Origin: Thalia democratica
Taxonomy: Eukaryota
DNA length: 64,000 nucleotides
Assembly (NCBI GenBank): GCA_965202585.1
Contig: OZ241826.1
Span: 56,358,001 to 56,422,000, forward strand
Direction of reading: 5' to 3'
Every line of letters starts with the position of its first letter. Position 1 is the first letter of the stretch. The translations under genes and the position numbers were made by a program. This document shows positions 25,972-38,905 of the stretch, in pieces. The notes beneath the pieces were generated by a model. The model had not been told where the DNA came from. It was given only the letters and a program-made list of their open reading frames with translations, and made no database searches.

Positions 25972-28770
25972 ATGTCTGAATTGGAAATAAAAAGTATCAT
26001 TGAAAACTGCTAAGTTAGTAAAGCAACAAAGGAAAGTTTGCTACAACTAGGAAGAAAAAATGATGCAAAATTTCAATCAATGGAAAAAGAAATTCATAAC
26101 TTGAAAAGTCAGTATGAAACTAAAATCAAGGAACTTGAAATCAGTATCCAGAATACACAAAAAACTCATGAGGAGGTCTACAAGAAACAAACTACAGAAA
26201 AGTCTCTTGATGACAAAATCAGTTCACTAAATGAAAGTTTTATGAAATTTAAAACAGAGTTCTGCAAAAAGTTTGATAATTTTGAAAAGAAACTTTCAAT
26301 GTATGCAGAAGCATCAACAAACTCCTTTCAAAAACAACCAGACTTTATCAGTAACATTGACTGTAAATTGTCACTAGTAACACATCAAATAAATGCTGAA
26401 CTGAAAAGAAATTGAAAGAAAAAAAAGCTTTAAATGTCATAGTATTTAATATTCCCGAAAACATTAGCAATACATCAGTTTATACGGTAGAAAATGCAAA
26501 AAATGACCTCAGTAAAATACAAAGTTCTCTAGGTTCCAACAAGATAGCTGAAACTGAATTAAATACATTATACCGTATTGGTATATACAACTGCAATAAA
26601 ACGAGACCAATAATTTTGAAACTACTGACACAATCTAGCAGAAAACGACTATTGAGTCTAAGAAACCTTAAAATACAGCATCTGGGAAAACAAATTAGTA
26701 TCTACATTAATATTGGTCGAACAAAATCAGAGATGGAACATTTTAGAAAATTGAGATTTGAACTAAAACAAAAACAAGCAGAAGCTGAAAGTAAAAATTT
26801 TAACATAAGATACCTTATAAAACAAAACAAAATAGTTGAAAGTACTCAACTGCCCTTTCGGTTTAACGCCCAGGATCTCTGGGCCTAATAAGTCAAGCTT
26901 CAACACTGACATGCACCTTAAGTCATCTAGTTTAATCTTTAATGGTTCTAATACAAAGGCCTCAGGCACAGTTTTTTCTAATAGTTTAACCTCTAGTAGA
27001 GATTTATTTTTAAATGTTTCATATACAAATGTAAGATCTATTTAAACAAGATAAGCTTCATTGAATGTTATATGTGTACACAAAATTTAGAGTTTTTTAT
27101 AACTGAAACATAATTAAATTCAAATGTTATTGATTCAAATTTTCGTCCTCTAGGGTATAATATAATCCGTAATGACAGAATAGGCAGGGGAGGAGGCGTT
27201 GCTGTTATATTTAAAAACTTTTTAAAATTAATTGAAGTAAAAACTAATTTTGTTTCATCTGATGGTTTTGATTTTTTATGTTTTGATTTGATTCTTAAAG
27301 GACTCAAATTGAGATTTTTATGTGTCTACATCCCTCCAAGTTCCTCTAAATCTCTAGCTGTTGTTTCAAACATGATCGACTTAATCAGAAACCTTATTCC
27401 AAAACAGTCTCCTTTTTACATTTTAGGTGACTTTAATTTGCCAAATACAGACTGGAATATCCCAAGCACAACCTACAATGACTGTCACAAATGTTTTATT
27501 AAATTTTGTTCAGATAATCTCCTTACACAACTTATTGACTCACCTACCCATAAGAACGGTAACATCCTCGATTTACTGCTTTGTAATTATATGGCATTAG
27601 ATAGAGTTAAGTTTCATTTGGTTGATTCACCTTTAACAAATATAAATGATCACAATGTTATTTTGTTTGGGATAAGTGTTCACAAAAGTAAAAAACCATC
27701 TCCTAAATCACTCTATCCAGATTTTCGTAGAGCAAATTTTGAGAATATTAATAAATTTTTATCAGAAATAAATTTGAAAGTTCTTTTTAACAACTCAAAA
27801 AATCTACAAATGTTTTATGATAAATTTATCAAAACAATAAATTTTTCAATCAAACAATTTGTGCCTTTAATTAAACAAGACAGAAAAATGAAAACATATC
27901 CTTCTGATATAAAAAAGCTGTTAAGAGAAAAACTAAAACTCTACAAACAATGTAAGCTAGATAAGCAGATGATACAAAAGTACAAAACTGTATCAAAAAA
28001 ATATGAAAAAGCAGTGAAAGTGTTCAATATAGAACATGAAAAACGTTTTTGCCAAAACACAAACTCAAAAAAATTCTACAGCTATGTAAAATCAAAGCTC
28101 AAGTTAACACCTTCTTTACCTGTATTAATTAATGAAAATAATTTTCCATTAATATCAGAACTTGATAAAGCCTCTTTTTTTAACAGGTCCTTTCAAAAGG
28201 TATTTATTAAAGATTGTGATGACAAAAATTTTAAACTTGTTAGTAAAAAGTGTTTGGAAATGAAAAACTTCTTCATAAGCAATGATGAAATAATTAAGTC
28301 TGTTAATCATTTAAAAGATAAAATAATCAGAACGCCTGAAAACATTCCTTCATATTTTATTAAATGTACTATTTATTCCCTTATTCTTCCAATTTCACTA
28401 ATTTTTAATTGTTCACTAGTTACATCCGCTGTACCAAACCAGTGGAAAGTCTCATATGTCATACCAGTGCACAAAAAAGGTAGTAAGTACAACCCTTTAA
28501 ACTACAGACCCATTTCTTTGACAAGCAGTTTTTGTAGAATTTTCGAACATATAATTTCTCTAAAAATACTCTATCATCTCTTTTTAAATAAGATAATTTC
28601 ACATAAACAGTTTGGTTTTCTTCCTAATCGATCATCTAGTTATCAACTGTTGAATTGCTTTAAACTCATGGTTTGTTTCATTTCTAAGCAATAAGTCAAC
28701 TAAAGTTATTCACACAGACATTCAAAAGTCTTTTGACTCTGTATCCCATTTTAAACTAATAAAGACTTTA
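25972..28770 (+). mobile_element. CR1-like LINE, decayed and 3'-truncated: ORF1 (25972-26888, stop plus frameshift) and ORF2 (APE endonuclease and start of RT)
   Basis: ORF1 with LNVIVFNIPE / YRIG / KTRPIILKL; APE motifs NVRSI, ITET, RNDRIGRGGGVAV, LGDFNLP, ILDLLL, NDHN; RT entry VIPVHKKG, NYRPISLTS, QFGF; homology ends at 28770. Confidence 0.9.
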
Positions 28771-29508
28771 ATGACCTCAGTGATGCGAACTGGAAACAAG
28801 GTATGGTTAATCGAGGCTCGTCTAGTATTATACTGACCACTTATGGTGGTTAATTGATTTTAGTAACTACTTTATTAAAACAAAAGTTATTTTTGTAATT
28901 AAACGTTAACTTCCTATGCTCTAACTTTAGAAGTTTATATTTACTTAATTATATCTTACTATTACTAAGTAGAGAATTAGCAAACTAAATTTATTTACAA
29001 TTTTTAAAAATACAATACGATATAAAAAAAGAGACACTCACACACGTGCAGGTCAGAGCCCAGAGGTTTTGGTGGATAATATCTCACTAGATTTTACTCG
29101 TGATTTGGTTTTAAAAGAACCAAATCAATCTAGGATGAATCTGATAGCAGTCGTCTAGGGGTGGTTTCTAACGCCGGTAGTCGTCTCGTGTTGAAACTGA
29201 ATCCCTGAATCGAACGTCTAAGCGGAATGGCTAAGTGGAAACTGCCTCTTCGCTGAATGTGTATACTCAAAGCCTTCTGTGAGATCTTATGCGAAATGTC
29301 TAAGTCATACGTCTTCGCTGAGTGTGTAATTATGAATGCCCGCGCCCTTACTGCGAAGTTTGGTTTTGTGCAATTTGGTTTGCGTAGAAAAAAAGATTCC
29401 TCTCTTCTCTCGGAAGCAGTGTAAAGCAGGCGCAATGCTTACACCATTATTAAAGTTTGTTTTGTTCGTTTTGCGAAAATGACTATACTCTATTGTCAAA
29501 ATGGCTTT
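28771..29508 (-). mobile_element. LTR-like terminal segment of the Gag-CSD element
   Basis: Begins TGAC and ends GTCA on the minus strand; GC-richer first half, AT-rich second half with AATAAA; its outer edge is exactly where CR1 RT homology stops. No second copy and no clear PPT in the window. Confidence 0.35.
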
Positions 29509-29539
29509 ATGATAATTGTTAAAAGTTTTAGACCTGCTA

Positions 29540-30640
29540 TTAGTAATTATGACTCTTTCTATTCTGTGTTACAATTTCTTTTTTATTAAAGGAATCAAAT
29601 ACTGCAGAATTGTTTTTCTCTTTAGCTAATATGTTGCTTGATACGCTAGTTTGCGATTTTGTTTTTGAAGAATTGTAATAGCCTGAGTCTTGTTTATAAC
29701 TTTTAAGCTGCACTGTTGGCACATGATATTTTGGCTCGCTATCATACTTTTTATTGTAACTGATATTTTTCTGCTGTTGTTTCTGGTGTTTTTCTTTGCT
29801 AAGTTTACCTTGTTTTGCTGTAAAAGAAAAAACTTGCTTATAAGCTCTATTAGCTTTTCTTTTCCGCTGTTGAGGGTTACTTGAATAATAGTTTCCGATT
29901 AATCTTTTTTCTTGAGACTTTTGGTTGTAGTTTGAATTCTTATCTACAGCATATTTAGACCCTTGAACTGTTTTACCATTAGGACCTGTCACGTTTGCGG
30001 CTTCTGACATGTTATTTTTACCTACAACAATATCAAACTGGACTTTTTCTCCTTGTGCAAGAGACCTTAAGAATTTGTTAGGGTTGTTTTTGACGATAGC
30101 TGTATAATGAACAAAAATATCGCTGTTACGATCATCCCGATGAATAAAACCGTAACCTTTGCGAACATTAAACCATACTACTTGACCAGTTACTCCAAAT
30201 GCTATAGTGTTTTTGGTTACCTGAGCTTTTTCTTTGACTGTGTGTGACGCTTCAGTTATATTAAATGTTTTTGTGGGTAAGTATTGATGACATGACAAAC
30301 ACTGTGCTATGTTAACAGTGTTACTACTATTCCCATTGTACGATTCTTTTGGTTTAACATTATCTCTATCTTGATTATTTTGACGATAATTGTAATTATG
30401 ATTAATACCATTATCTCTTAAATGAAAATGTTGTTGATTATTAGGACAAACTCGCTTATGGCAATTTATTTTAGACTTATAATGATTTTGCTCATACTGC
30501 TGTAGTCTATCGTAATTAAATTGATTAGGTATTAATGCGTTTTCTTTATAAGCATTCCATATGGCTTGTCCTTTTCTTTTAAAAACTTCTAAGCTTTCAT
30601 CAAAATGTTCCCTAATCTTATCTTTGATCGAAAAGGGCAT
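29540..30640 (-). CDS. 366-aa ORF with a Y-box-type cold-shock domain (CSD at ~30196-29942)
   Basis: [59 protein letters not shown]...[21 protein letters not shown] aligns with the YBX1 CSD, including RNP1, RNP2, the NNPxKxLRS loop and the VQGSKYAxD extension. Intronless. Confidence 0.88.
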   Translation of the reverse strand: MPFSIKDKIREHFDESLEVFKRKGQAIWNAYKENALIPNQFNYDRLQQYEQNHYKSKINCHKRVCPNNQQHFHLRDNGINHNYNYRQNNQDRDNVKPKESYNGNSSNTVNIAQCLSCHQYLPTKTFNITEASHTVKEKAQVTKNTIAFGVTGQVVWFNVRKGYGFIHRDDRNSDIFVHYTAIVKNNPNKFLRSLAQGEKVQFDIVVGKNNMSEAANVTGPNGKTVQGSKYAVDKNSNYNQKSQEKRLIGNYYSSNPQQRKRKANRAYKQVFSFTAKQGKLSKEKHQKQQQKNISYNKKYDSEPKYHVPTVQLKSYKQDSGYYNSSKTKSQTSVSSNILAKEKNNSAVFDSFNKKEIVTQNRKSHNY

Positions 30641-31083
30641 TAAGTATGCAAGAAAAACTTAATTCTGTCCTGCTCTGGACATTTGGCCCAACTTACGGCT
30701 GTAGCAAATATTTTATTAAAGTTTGTACACTCATTCCAAATTGGAATTTTATCTAAAATTCCAACTAACTGGTTGTCCCTATTGATAAAAAAGTTTTTTA
30801 AAGAACTGTAGTTTCTTTCACCTCGTTCTGTCATTTTATAATAGTCTGACAACTCTTCTCTTGGCCAAAACCCTGTTAAAAACTTATACTTTTCTGTATT
30901 ACTAAAAATACCTTCATTTAATATTTCCTCCTTAAAATATCTTAAAGTGTCACGAGGGTTTCTTACAAAGTCTAACCTTTTAAACTTTTTACTCAGTCTT
31001 TGCGCCTTTAATGTGTCGCTAAAGTTATTTTTTAATTGTAAAAAAAAATGTTTTACTTGAACATTTTTTAAAGTTATTACCAA
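30640..31083 (-). CDS. Retrotransposon Gag/capsid-like ORF (coding-like from ~31018), upstream partner of the cold-shock-domain ORF
   Basis: [23 protein letters not shown]...YSSLKNFFI resembles the E..F...GI.S...KY..L...LP / Y..LK..L pattern of Ty3/gypsy Gag N-termini (pattern recognition, no search run). Its stop overlaps the next ATG (TAATG). Confidence 0.5.
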   Translation of the reverse strand: MVITLKNVQVKHFFLQLKNNFSDTLKAQRLSKKFKRLDFVRNPRDTLRYFKEEILNEGIFSNTEKYKFLTGFWPREELSDYYKMTERGERNYSSLKNFFINRDNQLVGILDKIPIWNECTNFNKIFATAVSWAKCPEQDRIKFFLHT

Positions 31084-31249
31084 AGGATTGTTTGCTATTA
31101 TAAAAACAGAAATATTTTAGCATGAAGTTTTAGTAAGAAATACTATATTTAAACTTTCTGCAATTAAAATTTTAAAGTTTTAAGAAGTGTATTAAACAAA
31201 AGTTTTAAATTTTTTAGATTTAAAGTAATACAATAAAACAAATGTTTAT

Positions 31250-32665
31250 GCACTGCTTCGGTTTATTACCTGGTTTCGGTGAGCTGACCTTGTCAAATAA
31301 TAACAAAACAGTAAATAACATTTAGACAATGGCAGTAATGTGAATCTGAATTCATTGATGCGTAAAAACATAAACAAAAGAAGAATCTTCTTCTGATCTT
31401 TTATTAATGCAATTTTTATCCGCTTGAAGAATCATCAGTGCTTCCTTCAAGCACAATCTGCACGTTTCTATTCTGGGTATTGATTTATATTCTTTATCTA
31501 GTACTTTCCAAGTTAACTCGAAATTTTTATTCTCGTTTTTCAATTTGTGAATGTATTTTGATAGTTCAGTTACCTGTTGTATTGCAAATAATTGCGATCT
31601 ACTAGATTGCTGTTCATTGTTGTTCTGTGGGTTGCCACTCTTTTTTTAAATTGGTTGGCGCTTAGACCTCTATATGATTTAGTTTCATTGTCAGTTTTTA
31701 TTGTGGCTTGGTATATAACACTTTTTGCTCTACAGTTTCAACCTTACAAAAGACATTATTTCTCTTTGTTTCTACAGTTACATGTTTCATCTTCATTATT
31801 CTTGTTGCAATTTGTGAGCTTCTTGTTATGATTCTTTATGATCGTCTCAATGTTTGGCAAACAGCTGTAACTTAACTTAATGTTGTTCTTGTTCAAGTAT
31901 TTTTTGAAATTACTTTCTAGTCCAAATTATTTGATTATTATTTAGAGAAATTTTTTGCCAATGTTTGTTTTTATGGATTTGCAGTAAGGTGGATTAAATC
32001 ATATTATTTTCCCTTTTCTTTTTCTAGGCCGTTTCTTCTCTTCATCTTCACTTTTAAACTTTATTTTGTAATTGTAGCCACTTAACTTTGTCGCATCATT
32101 GTAACCCTTATTTATTTTATTGAATAGGTTTCATTGCTAGAGTTTTCGGAAAGCCTTTCTTTTATCCTTTTAGGAATTTGCTTCAGTATTGCTGGAGGGT
32201 GGTTAGACTTTGAATTAATATATATGATTTTGCTGTTTTCTTTTTTGTATGGGTGGAATGTATGGTTGTATACATTGAAGCTTAGGTCTAGATAGTTACT
32301 TTTACGTGAAAGATTTTCGATATCTAATTTTATTCCCATGTCTTTTGATATACTGTGCATATATTTTTTGATTTTCTCTATATCAACATTACTTTTGTTT
32401 TTCTCTATGACAATTAAACCGTCGTCGTGGTACAGTCCTGTTGTTAGATTTGGGAGCGCATTCTTAAGTTTATGTAGTATATAAAGACCTACTAGCTCGC
32501 ATATTTCTGCCCCATGCTTTCCTCCCATGGTGATATCGAAAAGTTCATTCTCTTCTGTGTTACTTTTTCTTTTTACCCAAACTTCTACTTTATTGTGCAA
32601 TACTGATTTAGATGCATTCAAAATAATTTTTATTTCCTGCTCGCTTAATTTTGTATTTATTTAAA
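31250..32665 (-). mobile_element. Penelope-like element (Neptune-type Cys linker), RT plus GIY-YIG, decayed; ends approximate
   Basis: RT motifs FDITMGGKHGAEICELVG, GLYHDDGL, NYLDL, FHPYKK, HPP; linker SYSCLPN, CNC; GIY-YIG VIYQATI..SYRGL; terminal CRLCLKEAL. Degenerate hammerhead core TTGACAA-GGT..ACC-GAAAC at 31296-31273. Confidence 0.88.
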
Positions 32666-33989
32666 GTAATTAAAATGATGATGAAAATTACCACTATATT
32701 TTTTAGGTTTAATTTATTTGTCGTAGTGTAGGTCGGATGTTGTACAAAGGAGTAAAAAAATTAAGCGACCTCCTATTGTATCAACAGGATTAGGCTTATT
32801 GCTTTCCGTGTTGTATCTTTACAAAAAAAAAACCTGCGAATTTTAATGACTTATTTAGAGCACACAGCCGGAGCATAAAATTACTGAAAGTTTCGTTTTT
32901 GTCCTTGCAGCAGGAAATCACTCTCCACGAAAAAATATTAGCGGAGCATTATAGCTGATACAGGCAAGACTTATCATCGTCGCAAGAGCTAGCGGAATGA
33001 CACTACAGTGACAGACCTGCTACACGGCTCAAACTTCAGGTTTTAGATCATAATTTTGCATACAACAATGATGCAATCTTCTTGATGAATCTTAATGAAT
33101 TGAATCATTTATCTAAGCTAAGAAGTTCCCTTTACCCGATAGTTAAAAAATTATTTTGTCTGCTTTATTTTCAGGGTTTACTCTCAAAGTCTCCACAACA
33201 CAGTTGGGCTTAGCAAAGGTTCTATGAGCTGGTAGCTAGACTAGCTCTAACTTATTAAGAAAAAAATTTAAATATAAACTACATTTATCACATAAGAGGT
33301 TTTTATTATCTAAGAATATCTAAAGATGACCACAGTCTACTTAAAAAATAGAATCATTTTAAACACTTTAAAATAACTTTGATGTTTATAAATAAGTTAA
33401 AAAGTAAGATTAAAAGTACACTGTCTACCGTTTAAAAGAAAAAATATATTTTTAAATAAATTTTAAACAGCAGACTTTTTACTGACGTTACTTAATGTAA
33501 CTTCTAAGATTTGTGCTTTTTTGCTTGCGTTTAAAACGATGTTTAGAGAGCTTAATGAAAAGCTAAACACAAAGAAAACTAGAAAAAATAACTTTAATTA
33601 ACAACTCATTTTGATACAATAAGTCCATTAAGCTTATCTTTTAGTTTACAAAACAGCAAAAAAATGTTTTTTTATTGCCAAATACAAAAACAGTATACTT
33701 TGGATGTTTGTTTTTACATAATTTTACTTAATACTTTTACAGGGTTATAAAAAACGTATAATTAAACATTTATTGTCGGTCATAAAAAATTATTAAACTA
33801 AACAGTATAAATAATCATAAAAACTGTTTATGTTTTTATTTAAGTAACACTACAAAAAACTACTTCCTTAATATTATTCATCAACAAAAAAGTTATGCAT
33901 AGATTATGTTGTATAAAAAGTAACATATAATAAAGTTTACTGTATTACTAAAAACAGCATTAAATTTGAAAAAAAAGAAAGTTGTACAA

Positions 33990-34363
33990 TAGGGTGCATC
34001 TGTTGCCCGACCCTCAAATTTCCGGATGATATTTTTTCAGCAAGGGGAATCACATTAAAAAAGATATTCTAGCTTTTACTACCATTGAGCTTTTGACATT
34101 TATCTGAAAACAACCCCTATGTAAATTTTATAGGACCTTGAAAATTCGACCTTCAACTTTTTGGTTGGAAATTTTTCTACATGTATTAATTATCACAAAA
34201 ACACATTCTACGCGTTTTAAGACGACTTGAAGATATTTTCGAGGAGGAATGTTTTGATTTTCTGTAATTTTTTATCATTTTTCGTTAATTTTGATTTTTT
34301 TTTCAGAAAACCAAGAAGTTCCTCTAATAAACTTTCATTACATTTCATAACAGATGCACCCTA
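33990..34363. mobile_element. hAT-like MITE
   Basis: Perfect 15-bp TIR TAGGGTGCATCTGTT; 8-bp TSD TTGTACAA (33982-33989, 34364-34371). Confidence 0.85.
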
Positions 34364-35439
34364 TTGTACAAGTTTAAACTATAAAATCAATTCCATAGAT
34401 AAATAGATAACTTTTGAAAGGTATAAGATGATTCTAAAACAAGTGTTGTATAAAATTTTTATTAAAAATAAGTACTATGTATGTACACATGAAAGTTTTT
34501 ATGAATTAAGTAACGATAATGATTGATTATTGACGATTCATTTTCACTATAAAGGTTTTTGTATTACTTTTACATTATTACTCATACGATTATATGTCTA
34601 TATACTTTTTAAATTTTATTCAAACGACAAATATTTCTTAATTGTTTAAAAAAATTATACAGCAACTAATTATAATAAAATACCAATTCTTGCTCGATGT
34701 AAAGGTTATAAATTACTTATTGTGTGTACTAAAGTATCTTTTATTATTTATAAATTAAAAAATAAATCTGTGATTTATATTTGGTTTTCGTTTTACTCTT
34801 TATTTGTCATCTGTTTAAGCGGCTCAAGCTTTGATGCCTGAGTCCAACATTGCACAGTAAATAAAAGAGTAATAAGTTTAAGACACTAAAAAGATTTAGG
34901 TTAACAAACTCAATCTTGTTTTTAAGCACTTAAAAAAGTTTTAAGCAAAGCTTCTGATAGTGTAGAAAAAAAAATTGCTAACAAAACAAGAATGCTATTA
35001 TACAAGGAGAAAATAAACTTGTTGTTGAGTTCATAACTAACTAAAAGAAAATAGTTTGTGGCTTTTAAGGAAAATGTTTCAACTTTTGAAACATTGATGT
35101 TGGAGTGCAACAAGGTTCAGTCTTAGCACCTTTATTGTATCTAGCACATGTTAGTGATTTCATAACAGTACCAGTTTAAGGGTTTAAAATTTTACTGAAG
35201 ACACATTACTATACAAAAACTTATACAAAAATTACATGTAAAAGACAGTGACAATCTTTATTTGGAATTTTAAATAGTTTAGACTAGTTTATTGTAAACA
35301 GACTTAAGTTAAATGTTGACAAAACAAGACGCATACTTTTTTATTTATCAAAAAAACTGGTTAAACATAAAAAGTAAAGAAAAATTAGGAAAAAAATTGT
35401 ATAATAAACAAGTAGTTATAAATAGTTTGGTATCATTCT

Positions 35440-35960
35440 GAATAATAATCTTAAATAGATGAAATATGTAGAAACATTAAAAACTAAGTTATTGAAAACA
35501 ATTGGTGTTTTACATAACGAGATACTTTTAAAATGAAAAATCTATGCATTTAATTTTTAAATTAGTGTTCACGAGTCACACTAGATACGATTTGTTGAGC
35601 TGGGACAAAGCAATTAAAACTAGACTCAATGAAGTTAATGTACTTATCAAGAAAGCTCTTATATGTATTCATTACAATTGATATGATGAAAGTATAAAAA
35701 CCTAAAAGAAACTATGTGTCTTTATGTGTAAAAATAAATACGACTTTTTACCACTTGATTTCAAAAACTATTTTTAAAGTGTAGATAAAGTTCATAACCT
35801 ATCAACAAAAACTTCTCAAAGAAACTTTTTCTTACCATGCTGTAATAAACATGGTCATAAATCTCTAGCTTATTAGGGTAGTAAACTATGGACTGATACG
35901 CCTAATGACTTAAAAGATCAAATTTATATTGAAAGATGTAAAATATTTTTTTATAAAAGA
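35440..35960 (+). mobile_element. L2/CR1-group LINE C-terminal relic; ends approximate
   Basis: KLLKTIGVL..R.FLN, SH.RY.LL.W, G.KLW patterns typical of the post-RT region; many stops. Confidence 0.55.
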
Positions 35961-38667
35961 ACAGTTGAATGAATAAACTAAAGATAATGCTTCTAAAAGA
36001 CAAACAAAAGCGCCTAAAACAATTGATCTTAGGTTTTTGTGTACGAAAAAACTTTTCGGTTATCGAGTCGTATACCACTTGAATACAGTTTTACGTCTTG
36101 TACTAGCACTAACGACATTATTTACACTATTTAGGATTATACTGATAATTACTATACTGTACTGAGTATCCTTGCTAAGTATGTATACTGGGTTCTGATA
36201 ACATTGATCTAGTCTAGCTGGTAGCAAGTACAATTAAAACTTTATTATCTTCAGACTTTAACTTAAGTTTAATTTACTAAGTTGATACTATTTTGTATGG
36301 TTAGATATATTTTCAAAGTCTTTGAAATAGTTACTTTAAAAATAAAGAGTAATTACATTATTAACTATACTACTGTTAAAATATGCATTAAAAAAAATCT
36401 TAGCTAGTATTTGTATTTTTTTTCTGATATACAAGTTATTTTAGTAAACAATTTATTGTATTTGTTTACGTGATTTATCTTCTAACAGCTGAATCTATAG
36501 GTATATATGTTTATTTAAAGTTATAAGTTTAAGAGTTTAAAACAAAAAAATACTTTTTTTTTTCTAAAAACACATAGATCTTAACTATTTTTATAATTCA
36601 AAACAATAAATAAGCCTAAGTTTCTAAAAAAATATTCTAAGAAAAAAATTATTCTACCATTGAAAAACCATTAACTTATTTTTCATGTTAAGTTATTCTA
36701 AGTTAAATGTCATACACTTTAATTTTTTTCTGTTAATATATGTTTTTCTTCTTGTTATGTACTTTATTTTTTTAAAGTTTTATTTAATATTTCTAAATAA
36801 TACGTTATCTAAAATTCATTATGTAACAAAAATAATTAAGAAAACAAGTTGTGTGTAGTTCAATGAACTTTCATTCTATATATCATTCCTTTGACCAAAA
36901 CTTTTCAGCATCGATTCCTTTATCGTGTTCAATTAAGTTCTACTTAATAAAACAACTTATAACGCGGCAAAATAATGAATTTGTTGCATTCGAATTAATA
37001 ATATGATTGTGTATATTGTACTTTTCTGTTTTTAAAGCGTGCGGGAGTAGTTTTAGGAAGTTATTTTACTATTTTCTGATGACAAAAAAAAATTAAAGTA
37101 CAAAAAATATATTTTTTAAACTATTTTTTTTAATGTCGCAACTATTACAATATATACTAAGAAATAGATACTAATCATACTATATTAAACTAACTGGCTT
37201 TTTTTTAGAAAATTTTAAAGCTACTGTTGTTAAATGTCAACAAGAAATTTTTACTTAATAAAAAATAAGTAATATTTTTAATAGAGTTTGTGGCTTTTCT
37301 AAATAAGTTGTTAGCTGTACAACGATAAAGTTTTGTAAATTATAAAGGTTAAGTAAGTCAAACTTAAAATGACCAACTCTGAAATAAACTAGTTTAAAAT
37401 GATCGAGTTTAAAAATATTATGTTCAAAATGTTGGAGTTAAAAATAATCATGTTAAAAATGGTCGAGTATAAAATTATTTATTTCGAAATAACTTGTTAA
37501 AAAAGAAAGTAAACTTTTTATAAGAAGAATGTTCTTCTTCATATATACTTAATTGTTAGAGGTCGTTCGACAACCTAGTTGGCTCTATTATTTCTGGTTT
37601 CTTGTGTAGAACTGATAAATATCTGAAGTATCCAGACTATCTATTTAACATCTTTTTTATAATAAAACTATCAAAAACTTTTAAAAAGTATTTTTTGAGT
37701 TATGCAGGAGCCCAAAACGTATTAAATTAGAAGCTTTAAAGTTGCTGATATTTTACATTACACAAATGTATTTTTGCAAGCTGAAAAGATTGGTTACTTT
37801 TTAGGCTTTACAAGATACTTAAGCCTGGTAAGTGGATTTTTTCGATGGCAGTTTTTTTTGTAATTTTTCATTTTCGTTATTAAACCTGTACCAGTTCTTC
37901 TTAGTGGAATTTTCTCCGATGCTACTTGGATGTTTCTTTACCTTAAGAACTGATAGGAGTTAATTCTAAGGAGTTTTATCGAACTGCCCTTAGCATTACT
38001 TGAGGTTAATTTTATTATGTAAGCCTGTTTGGAGTTTGAAATGTATTTTATTACAAAGTGCAAATGATTTAATCTATAGTTTAGTTTACTTTGCCTGGAA
38101 ACTAAAACAAAACACTTTTTAAAAGTTTACGTCAATAAAGTGATAAACTTTGTCAAAGAAATGATGACAATATATATAGCTTTATGTTTTTATTTATTTT
38201 AAAAATGTAGAAAATTGTATTTAATTTAATGTGAAAAAAATACTCTATTTACATGAACAAATTCAGATAAACTCTGCGAGGATTTAGGTTATAGACAAGG
38301 TTAAACTTTATTATAAACATCTATGTTTTAAAATTGTTTGCGCTATTTTTTGAAATATGAACCGAAGTTCACTGAAATCATTCATATTGATGTTTAGCTT
38401 GAATGCAAAAAGAGCACACCGTCTCGATTATTGGTTAACGTGAGATGGGAACTAACTCCGTAGTTTTTTTTTCGAAATAGTTTTTTCGCTTACGTCTTTT
38501 TGCGTGCTCTAACTTATAACTACGAATAAAGTTGTAATATTCAAAAATGTATGTGTAGCTATACTTTTTGGTGTCAAAACTTTGTGTACTGTACAGTAAC
38601 ATTAAAAAAAAGGTTTTGAGTTTAAATATTCAAAGTTGTTCTTAACTTTAGCAAATACAGCCTTGAA

Positions 38668-38905
38668 CAAGACGTTAAAAGGTACCCAAGTGGTGTGCGA
38701 CTCGATAACCGAAAGGTTCTTCGTGCACCAGGTCCTAATACCAAATATTTTGAGTGCTTTATTTTGTCGTTCAATAAACAATATATTGTTTATTTTATTA
38801 TTATCTTTTAAAGATAAAAAAGCGCTCAAAAAGTTTGGTCTAAGGACCTGGTGTACGAAACTTTCGGTTATCGAGTCGTACACCACATGCTTTTACAATA
38901 TCTTA
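38668..38905. repeat. Short palindromic MITE; half-copies at ~36005-36100 and ~41961-42097
   Basis: GGTGTGCGACTCGATAACCGAAAG...GCACCAGGTCCT versus AGGACCTGGTGTAC...CTTTCGGTTATCGAGTCGTACACC. Confidence 0.75.

Noticed and set aside
29130-29499. Short ORFs in the LTR-like segment as pol or env remnants
   Set aside because: No protease, RT, RNase H, integrase or transmembrane signatures.
29540-30640. Calling the CSD ORF the host YBX1 gene or a bacterial cold-shock gene
   Set aside because: It is intronless, the flanking protein is unlike YBX and it sits in a TE nest; the Y-box-specific loop and extension exclude bacterial Csp.
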